Assembly (NCBI GenBank): GCA_043825875.1
Contig: JBDRRF010000087.1
Location: forward strand, 1-11,480
DNA length: 11,480 nt
Reading direction: 5' to 3'
Origin: Pseudomonadota bacterium
GTDB lineage: Bacteria; Desulfobacterota; Desulfobacteria; Desulfobacterales; RPRI01
The notes under the pieces are model-generated. The model had not been told where the DNA came from. It saw nothing but the letters and a program-made list of their open reading frames with translations, and ran no database searches. How positions within the stretch are numbered: position 1 is the stretch's first letter; each line of letters starts with the position of its first letter. Made by a program: the position numbers and the translations under genes. This document shows positions 1 to 6,861 of the stretch, piece after piece.

Positions 1-143
1 TGAGCAGGATAAAAATTAAAACATCCTTGAACAAAACCGGCTATCAAGCAATAATGTAGTGAGGAAAATTTTAGCTGATTTATCATATAATGTTGCTTTT
101 ATTCGTTATTCATAAAATTATTGTCGAACTTGGGTTAAACAAT

Positions 144-968
144 TTATTTGATTACTCTAAGCTTATGGGTTTTTTGCAATATTTTCCATAATTCAAAAAT
201 AATAACTGATGAAGCCTTGTAAGTATCAATATTTTTTTCACCGGAAATAATCCGGCATGATTCCAATAGTTCTGTATTTGCTCCCCATAATCTATAGTTA
301 TTTCTTAAAAATAAACCCAGCGTAGAGTTTAAGCTGCCTAATTCCTCATCAGTCATGTTCGCAAGCGTTGTTTTATCTTTTAAAGGCATTATTGAAATCA
401 AAGTATCAACTACTTCTTCAACTGTTTTCGGCAAACCAATCCAATCTCTTCCATCACTTTTCCCGGTTTTGTTCTGAGCTTGATCAGGCATGTTTATATT
501 CATGATGTTTAAATAGATGACTGCTTCCAAAATGTCCGAAACAATCTTATAAATTGCAGGATCATTGCTTGCACTTGGCCCTGTTACATGCAAGACCTCA
601 ATAATATTGCTTTGCAGCCAGTCATTTATATCGTTTGCTGCTTTAAATGAATTTATATTATCAAGGTCTATATGCAAACATGGCTTTTTATGGTCTTTTG
701 CGTACTTTTGTGTTAGTTGAAAATCGCCGGTAAGCTTGCCATGAGAGATTATCAAAGTTCCGTCCGAGTCAATTACGTTTAGTTCCGTCTTCGTTTTATA
801 ACCGGTACTTTCCATTTCTTTCAATTTATATTGTTCAGGAAGAGGCCCGTCTTCAATCTCATGGCCTTTAGAAATCCATCCACCATGCGCTATATAAAGC
901 TTTATAGCAACATCCAGTGCAGCCCTTTCAACACCTGTTTGTCCTCCTGATGTGATTTTATTAAGCAT
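144..968 (-). CDS. cpYpsA-type SLOG domain protein ('putative molybdenum carrier' family) fused to a C-terminal DUF6794-like domain, 274 aa
   Basis: N-terminus MLNKITSGGQTGVERAALDVA..HGGW..G...EDG.LP..Y.LKE, NVIDSDGTLI and KPCLHIDL resemble cpYpsA. C-terminal PKTVEEVV..L...LGLFLRNNYRLWGAN.ELLESC..ASSVII..LW resembles DUF6794. Start moved from 1034 to ATG 968 because the SD AAAGGAGA (978-971) precedes it and family similarity begins there. Confidence 0.8.
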   Translation of the reverse strand: MLNKITSGGQTGVERAALDVAIKLYIAHGGWISKGHEIEDGPLPEQYKLKEMESTGYKTKTELNVIDSDGTLIISHGKLTGDFQLTQKYAKDHKKPCLHIDLDNINSFKAANDINDWLQSNIIEVLHVTGPSASNDPAIYKIVSDILEAVIYLNIMNINMPDQAQNKTGKSDGRDWIGLPKTVEEVVDTLISIMPLKDKTTLANMTDEELGSLNSTLGLFLRNNYRLWGANTELLESCRIISGEKNIDTYKASSVIIFELWKILQKTHKLRVIK

Positions 969-1326
969 TTTCTCCTTTAATGACAGTGAATTTTGCTTTT
1001 TGCATTGCCTTCTTCTTTTTACTTTTTTTATCAAAAAGTGTCAAAAGAGCTGCCCGGCAAATTACATCGGGACGCTTTTCATTTTCCCATAATCCGGCTT
1101 CGGCATATCCCATGCCGGCTATTTTTGAAATAACAAGCTGCGCCTTTGAAAGATCCTGCGAATATTGTGTTAACTTGCCAAACACGGATTCGCCGGTTTC
1201 AACAGTAAATATCTCCGTATCGCCCATGATCGGATCAGATACCACTTTATGTTTCATGATCTTTTCAGCTATAAAAATATTTAAAGTCCGCCCGGCTTTT
1301 AGTTTCTGAATATCATCTCTTGTCAT
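961..1326 (-). CDS. Small protein (121 aa) resembling the phage ABA-sandwich / BC1872-like family
   Basis: I..LKAGR.LN..IAEKIM ... YSQDLSKAQLVISK ... RPDVICRAALL follows the recalled family pattern AGRELD.LIAEKVM / YSTDI..AW.V.EK / PLAICRAAL. ATG 1326 chosen because the longer N-terminus is read out of the repeat element. Its stop overlaps the start of the downstream gene by 8 bp. Confidence 0.6.
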   Translation of the reverse strand: MTRDDIQKLKAGRTLNIFIAEKIMKHKVVSDPIMGDTEIFTVETGESVFGKLTQYSQDLSKAQLVISKIAGMGYAEAGLWENEKRPDVICRAALLTLFDKKSKKKKAMQKAKFTVIKGENA

Positions 1327-1347
1327 ATAATGTAGAATTATTTCTCT

Positions 1348-1491
1348 TGAGCCAGTTTCAAAACGCCCCATTTTGGCCGATCTCTGCGTTGGACTCAAAT
1401 TTCAATCCTCGAAATACTAAATGTATTCCTGTGGTTGAAATTTTCTCCCGCCTTGAGCTTGACCAAACTGAAACGTTTTGAAAGTGGCTCA
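1348..1491. mobile_element. MITE-like non-coding element with 18-bp terminal inverted repeats
   Basis: TGAGCCAGTTTCAAAACG (1348-1365) vs CGTTTTGAAAGTGGCTCA (1474-1491) are 17/18 complementary. Nested internal inverted segments are present, there is no transposase, and a second related end sequence lies at 11305-11340. Confidence 0.75.
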
Positions 1492-1560
1492 CTTATTATA
1501 AATTAAAAAGGCAGATTCGTTTTTGCATTATCTTTTATCCGGATTTTTAACTTAGACTTT

Positions 1561-2376
1561 TTAAAAAACATCACTTATCAAATCGCTTAAAGTGTCAATA
1601 AGCTTTTCATCATCTGTAAGAGGAAGACATATTGCAGACATACAGGCCTCCTTAACCGGAATATAAGAGCTTATAAGCTTTGCTGCATAAATTAAAAGTC
1701 GGGTGCTTGCTCCTTCTGTTAACCCGTGCTCACGCATAGTTCTGATTTTACCGGCAAGAAAGACAAGCTTTAAAGCCATATCATCTGATACTCCACCCTC
1801 ATGAGATATAATCTTTGCTTCTTTGTCAGCTTCCAGGTAATCAAATGCCATTGATATAAATCTTTGCCGTGTGCTTTGTTTCATATCTTTTAATACCGAC
1901 TGATAGCCAGGATTATATGAAACAACCAGCATGAAATCAGGATGTGCAGAAATTACTTCCCCTGTTTTATCGATTCCAAGAGTTCTGCGATAATCGGTAA
2001 GAGGATGAATAACAACCGTTGTATCTTTTCTGGCCTCAACAATTTCATCCAGATAACAAATAGCTCCAATACGAACTGCTTTTGTTAAGGGGCCATCCAT
2101 CCAGACTGTTTCATCATTTTTCAGCAAAAAACGGCCCATAAGGTCTGTTGCAAAAAGGTCTTCATGACAGGCAACAGTTATAAGAGGCCGTTTTAAACGA
2201 TACGCCATATATTCGACAAACCTTGTTTTACCGCATCCCGTAGGCCCTTTTAACATAACAGGGAGCTTTGTAGCATAGGCCCGCTCAAATAAATCAATTT
2301 CATTCTTGCAAGGAATATAATAGGGTTCTTTTTCTATTAGATTAGAATCTCCTTCCCTTCCGTTATTATCTTTCAT
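1561..2376 (-). CDS. CbbQ/NirQ/NorQ family MoxR-type AAA+ ATPase
   Basis: Walker [36 protein letters not shown] (Walker B), [35 protein letters not shown] at 2392-2387. Start is ATG 2376 or TTG 2379. Confidence 0.93.
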   Translation of the reverse strand: MKDNNGREGDSNLIEKEPYYIPCKNEIDLFERAYATKLPVMLKGPTGCGKTRFVEYMAYRLKRPLITVACHEDLFATDLMGRFLLKNDETVWMDGPLTKAVRIGAICYLDEIVEARKDTTVVIHPLTDYRRTLGIDKTGEVISAHPDFMLVVSYNPGYQSVLKDMKQSTRQRFISMAFDYLEADKEAKIISHEGGVSDDMALKLVFLAGKIRTMREHGLTEGASTRLLIYAAKLISSYIPVKEACMSAICLPLTDDEKLIDTLSDLISDVF

Positions 2377-2592
2377 CAAGTACTTTCTCCTGAAAAGGGA
2401 TATTTTTATTTTCTAACTGTCAAGGGTTTGACAATATATAAATAAATTGCAGGCGTCAAAAAACAGTCATTAAGAATGGAACATATGACTCCTTTGCCAT
2501 GCCTTGATATTTTTTATATGTATTATTTAATTGCGGGATTTACAACATACAAATCGGATGTTGTATAGAAATATGACAGGAAGGCTTTTGAT

Positions 2593-2608
2593 TTTGATGA
2601 CGATCAAA
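2593..2608. promoter_or_regulatory. FNR/DNR/HcpR-type (Crp-Fnr family) binding box
   Basis: TTTGAT-GACG-ATCAAA contains the perfect TTGAT-N4-ATCAA consensus. It is intergenic, about 215 bp upstream of the NorQ-like gene. Confidence 0.5.
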
Positions 2609-2626
2609 TCAGTGTATGATTTTATT

Positions 2627-4180
2627 CTATTTATCGAGGATACTTCTTACTTTTTGTATAAAGTCTTCATAATATATTGGTTTTTCAATATAATCAACTT
2701 CATGCTCCAAAAGCCCCTTATCGGCTAATATATCAGAAGAATATCCGCTCATAAACAGTATTTTTATATCAGGTTGTATCTGTTTTATACAATCGCAAAC
2801 TTCTTTACCATTTTTTCGGGGCATTATCGAATCAATAACTATAAGTGAAATATCTTTGTTTTCACGGTACTTGCTGATGGCATCCGTTCCGTCTTTTGCC
2901 CCAATGGCTTTATAGCCAAATCTGTTAAGAATATCGATGATAAAATATCTTACATCATCATCATCTTCAGCAACTAAAATTACCTCTTTTCCGGATCTTA
3001 CCTGTCTAATATCCGATGGCAACATTGCATGTGTCATACTTTTGACTATAGGAAAATATACACTAAAGGTTGCACCCTGATCAGGTTTACTATAGACAGT
3101 AATGTATCCTTTATGCTGTTTAAGTATCCCATAAACAGTGGACAGACCAAGCCCGGTTCCTTTGCCTACTTCTTTGGTGGTAAAAAAGGGATTATATATC
3201 TTTTCAATAGTGTCTTTATTCATGCCAGTTCCGGTGTCAGATACCTCAATAACTGCATATCTTCCCGGTTTGCCAAATCCGTGCGTTTTTACAAATTCTG
3301 CGTCCAGTTCACCAGTTCTTGTTGATAACTTCAAATCCCCTCCTGACGGCATTGCATCTTTTGCATTGACTATAAGATTAAAGAGTATTTGATCAATTTG
3401 AGTGGGATCTGCCATAATAATGACGTCTTCAGGAGAAAGATCAGTTGTTAACCTGATATCTTCGGTTATGAGGCGTTCCAAAAGATTTTTTGTTTCATTT
3501 ATTATAGTATTAATGTTTAATGGTTTTAAGGCAATAGGTTGCTGTCTGCTGAAAGTTAAAAGCTTTTGAGTCAAGCTTGCCGCCTTTTGAGAAGCAAGTA
3601 GCATTTGATCAACATAATGTCTTGATGGATCAGATTTATCTATATTCAATTGAAGAAGATTGCCATAACCTGCCAGTATTGTAATAATATTATTGAAGTC
3701 ATGTGCAATTCCGCCTGCAAGATTTCCTATAGCTTCCATTTTTTGAGCCTGAAGAAGCTGGGATTCAAGATCATTTTCTTTCGAAATATCAATGATTGAA
3801 CCTGAAACCATGGGTTTTTCATTATTGATGGAAAAGTTTACTGCAATTTGCACACTTATAATCTGACCGTCTTTTCTTATTATTTCAAGGGTATGTTCAC
3901 AATTATCATCTTCTCCATTCAGAAATTTTTCAAGTGTTTTCAAAACAATTTTGTGCTTTCTTGGATGCACCAGATCTGTCGGACCCATCCGGTCTATAAT
4001 CTCATCATAAGTATAACCCGATAGCTCACAAAAACTCTTATTTACAAAAACAAACAACCCATCCTGGATAACATAAAATGCTGCCTGAGAATTTTCTACA
4101 AGAAAACGATAGATAGCCTCCGGTGCATCAAACGAGATATTTGTATTATCAGTTGAAAGGTGGTTCACTAGTAGGCCCAT
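2627..4180 (-). CDS. Soluble hybrid sensor histidine kinase (PAS-HisKA-HATPase-REC; CckA-like architecture), 517 aa
   Basis: PAS (FVFVNKSFCELSGY..DEI...LVHP...IIRKDG), QAQKMEAIGNLAGGIAHDFNN H-box, QILFNLIVNAKDAM N-box, DTGTGM, PFFTTK.VGKGTGLGL. REC domain with VAEDDDDVR, VIDSIMP, FMSGY and EKP. Confidence 0.95.
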   Translation of the reverse strand: MGLLVNHLSTDNTNISFDAPEAIYRFLVENSQAAFYVIQDGLFVFVNKSFCELSGYTYDEIIDRMGPTDLVHPRKHKIVLKTLEKFLNGEDDNCEHTLEIIRKDGQIISVQIAVNFSINNEKPMVSGSIIDISKENDLESQLLQAQKMEAIGNLAGGIAHDFNNIITILAGYGNLLQLNIDKSDPSRHYVDQMLLASQKAASLTQKLLTFSRQQPIALKPLNINTIINETKNLLERLITEDIRLTTDLSPEDVIIMADPTQIDQILFNLIVNAKDAMPSGGDLKLSTRTGELDAEFVKTHGFGKPGRYAVIEVSDTGTGMNKDTIEKIYNPFFTTKEVGKGTGLGLSTVYGILKQHKGYITVYSKPDQGATFSVYFPIVKSMTHAMLPSDIRQVRSGKEVILVAEDDDDVRYFIIDILNRFGYKAIGAKDGTDAISKYRENKDISLIVIDSIMPRKNGKEVCDCIKQIQPDIKILFMSGYSSDILADKGLLEHEVDYIEKPIYYEDFIQKVRSILDK

Positions 4181-4218
4181 AAAATCCTGTTCGTTTATAG
4201 TTGCATAAAGCTTTTACA

Positions 4219-4235
4219 TGCATTATTTGGGCCAA
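4219..4235 (-). promoter_or_regulatory. Candidate sigma54 (-24/-12) promoter of the hybrid kinase
   Basis: Minus strand reads TTGGCCCAAATAATGCA: exact GG-N10-GC spacing with TTGGC and TGCA, about 40 bp upstream of ATG 4180. Confidence 0.45.
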
Positions 4236-4385
4236 TTTAAAATATATCAAAATATAATAATTGATTTCAGTTATTAGGCAGTATTGTAGATATTATTTCG
4301 ACACTTTCAAAAAATAATAAAGCAAAGAGATTGCACAGGAGAAAGTGATTTACGGCTATATAAATTGGGCGGGTTATTTTATAGG

Positions 4386-5507
4386 TTAAATAATCCCCAT
4401 AGGAATTAAATCTTTAGGTTGCAGAAATTTATCTTCTCTGATGTTAAGACCTTTTCCTATTAGAGTTAATACTATTTCTTTTTCTTCAGGGAATTTATAT
4501 CCGTCATAGCCCTGTTTAAAAAGATGCACAAGCTGTCCCTGCACATTATAGTATGCCGGATTTCTGTAATGATCAAAGCAAACTCTGCCGGTTATATCAA
4601 GGTCTGTTATAAGTATTTTTATCTCTTCAAGACGTTCATGAGGTGATAATAAGTCGAACTTGTTGTTTAGGTAATCATCCAGCATAGGCGTTCCAGGCAA
4701 AGGGCTGAAAGGTCTTGATCTGATGAAATCAGGATCTATTGCATTCAATACTCTTGCAGTATTTTTGGCATGCTGTAAAGACATTGTTCTTCCGCCAAGA
4801 CCAGGCATAATATAATCTGAAAGTTCCATTCCGGCTTTTTTTATTTTTCTTCCGGCAATAATATGTTCTTCTGCCGTTACGCCTTTTTGTACCTTTTTCA
4901 ACAGCTCATCATCTCCTGTCTCAAGCCCGATATGCAATCTTGTTAGACCTGCATTATACAGATCGGATAGTTCACTGTCTTTTTTCTTGTATATGGTTTT
5001 TGCTCTTGCATAAGATGTTACTCTTTCAATAGAAGGAAATTTATTTCTTAAGTAAAGTATAATTTCGATCAGTTGCTGCGTGGGAATAACAAGAGTGTCC
5101 GCATCCTGCAAAAAGGCTGTTCTTGCCCCGGATTGCAGCCAGTTTAGCACATTGAAATAACTATGATGGATATCATCATTTACAGGTAAACGCTTAAAAA
5201 GAGTTCCTGCTGTCATAGTATTGATATTAACCGTACCACCGGTTTGCTTTGATAATTTTTTTATCTCTTCTACGATAAGTCCCACAGTATCTATATCAGT
5301 TTTGACATCATCTACAGATCGCAACTGAAATTTTTCATGTCCATATGCTATGCCGAAGCAAAATGTGCATCGATTCCATGGGCAGTTTCTGGTAACTCTT
5401 ATCAAAAGAGAATTACTGCCACCTTCGCTGGGTGGACGTATCGGACCCATCTCATATGAAAGCCCGGCAAGTTTTTCGTTATTTTTGTTTAACATATGCA
5501 TATCCAT
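4386..5507 (-). CDS. Radical SAM protein of unknown substrate (RPPSE..SL...VT.C subfamily)
   Basis: GPIRPPSEGG.SLLIRVTRNCPWNRCTFC cluster motif, AFLQDAD, RVTSYAR, AGLTRLHIGLETGDDELL..V.KG, YIMPGLGG, CFDH..N. The exact start among M5507/5501/5495 is uncertain. Confidence 0.9.
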   Translation of the reverse strand: MDMHMLNKNNEKLAGLSYEMGPIRPPSEGGSNSLLIRVTRNCPWNRCTFCFGIAYGHEKFQLRSVDDVKTDIDTVGLIVEEIKKLSKQTGGTVNINTMTAGTLFKRLPVNDDIHHSYFNVLNWLQSGARTAFLQDADTLVIPTQQLIEIILYLRNKFPSIERVTSYARAKTIYKKKDSELSDLYNAGLTRLHIGLETGDDELLKKVQKGVTAEEHIIAGRKIKKAGMELSDYIMPGLGGRTMSLQHAKNTARVLNAIDPDFIRSRPFSPLPGTPMLDDYLNNKFDLLSPHERLEEIKILITDLDITGRVCFDHYRNPAYYNVQGQLVHLFKQGYDGYKFPEEKEIVLTLIGKGLNIREDKFLQPKDLIPMGII

Positions 5508-5695
5508 ATTTTTTTCTATTATACATAGACTTACATTCTATTAAATGTAAAGAAAAAGTTTAAACTTCAAATGCAAGATAAAGAAACAGTTTTTTTACAG
5601 CTCATTAAATCTGTTGATTATAAGGAACTGTTTAAGGTATTAATATGCCCATTTCAAAGGAAATTAAGCAAACTTCTTAAATGGAGGGAAAATAA

Positions 5696-6736
5696 ATGGT
5701 AAGAGTTGGAATTGTAGGTGCAACGGGATATGCCGGTGCCGAACTTGTTCGTATTCTTTCGGGACATCCGAAGGCAAAGATAACTGTTATTACTTCAAGG
5801 CAATATGCCGGGACAAGATTTGACAAGGTGTTTCCTTCTATGGCTGGCCATATCGATCTCGTCTGCGAGGAACTTTCTCTTGAGCAACTTTATAAGAAAG
5901 CTGACCTTTTCTTTCTATCTCTTCCACATAAAATACCAATGGAAATTGCACCGCTTCTTATTAATAAAGGAAAGACGGTGATCGATCTTTCGGCAGATTT
6001 CAGATTCAAGAGCCATAAGGCCTACAAAGATTGCTATCAGGAACATACTGCAAAGGATCTACTTGAAAAAGCTGTCTACGGACTTTGTGAGATATATTCC
6101 GATAAAATAAAAAATACGGATTTAATTGGCAACCCCGGATGTTATCCTACAAGCACACTTCTTCCTCTTATTCCTTTGCTAAAAGCCGGGCTTATTGACG
6201 CCAAATCCATTATTACCGATTCAAAATCCGGTGTAAGCGGAGCAGGCCGCTCCCTTGCTCTTTCATCACATTTTTGTGAAGCTAATGAATCTTTCAAAGC
6301 TTACAAGGTTGCGGTTCACAGACACAATCCTGAAATAAATGAAATTTTGTCGATAGAAACAGGCAAAAATATAAAAATTACTTTTGTGCCACACCTTGTA
6401 CCTATGACAAGAGGTATGCTTACAACAAGTTATGCGCAGCTTAAAAAAAATGTCAGTGACAAAGATATTAATGAATGTTTGAAATCTTTCTATTCAAAGC
6501 GGCCTTTTATCAGATTGCTATATGATCAAAACAGGCTTCCTGATACCATGCATGTAAAAGGCACAAATTATTGCGATATAGGATTTGTGATAGATAAACA
6601 AACAAATCGAATTATATTAATTTCTGCCATAGATAATCTTGTAAAAGGAGCATCAGGACAGGCTGTTCAGAATATGAATATAATGCTTGGGTTTGATGAA
6701 ACAACAGGGCTTATGGCGGTTCCTTATCCATTATAG
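5696..6736 (+). CDS. argC: N-acetyl-gamma-glutamyl-phosphate reductase
   Basis: GATGYAG, DLSADFR, catalytic NPGCYPT, KSGVSGAG, HRH.PEI, FVPHL.PMTRG, IDNLVKGASGQAVQNMN. SD GGAGG upstream. Confidence 0.97.
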   Translation: MVRVGIVGATGYAGAELVRILSGHPKAKITVITSRQYAGTRFDKVFPSMAGHIDLVCEELSLEQLYKKADLFFLSLPHKIPMEIAPLLINKGKTVIDLSADFRFKSHKAYKDCYQEHTAKDLLEKAVYGLCEIYSDKIKNTDLIGNPGCYPTSTLLPLIPLLKAGLIDAKSIITDSKSGVSGAGRSLALSSHFCEANESFKAYKVAVHRHNPEINEILSIETGKNIKITFVPHLVPMTRGMLTTSYAQLKKNVSDKDINECLKSFYSKRPFIRLLYDQNRLPDTMHVKGTNYCDIGFVIDKQTNRIILISAIDNLVKGASGQAVQNMNIMLGFDETTGLMAVPYPL

Positions 6737-6861
6737 TGAATCAAATTTAAAAGTTCTTGCTTACTTGACAAGAATTATCTAATAGATTAAAGGGCAAAAT
6801 AGTACTACAAAACAAACCTGAATAATTTGAATTTATAACTTTTTTTGAAAGGAGATTTAAA

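Noticed and set aside
1..59. Possible 3' end of a plus-strand gene (frame 3: SRIKIKTSLNKTGYQAIM-stop)
   Set aside because: Too short and truncated by the window edge to support any call.
969..1034. N-terminal extension of ORF 144..1034
   Set aside because: Overlaps the upstream gene; SD and family similarity point to ATG 968.
980..1309. Plus-strand 109-aa ORF
   Set aside because: Antisense shadow of the ABA-sandwich-like gene with no recognisable motifs.
1327..1398. N-terminal extension of ORF 961..1398
   Set aside because: TTG start lies inside the repeat element, so the extension is incidental read-through.
2470..2494. Minus-strand mini-ORF MFHS with AAGGAG upstream of the ATPase
   Set aside because: SD spacing is only 4 nt and there are 4 codons; cannot be distinguished from chance.
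2531..3392. Plus-strand ORFs 2531..2728, 3029..3325 and 3138..3392
   Set aside because: Antisense to the well-supported kinase, with no motifs or SD.
4336..4389. Plus-strand AGGAG followed by a 14-codon GTG ORF
   Set aside because: SD spacing is 3 nt and there is no other support.
5350..5544. Plus-strand 64-aa ORF
   Set aside because: Antisense to the radical SAM gene.
6754..6793. TTGACA upstream of folD as a sigma70 promoter
   Set aside because: No acceptable -10 at 16-18 nt spacing, although an internal promoter is plausible.
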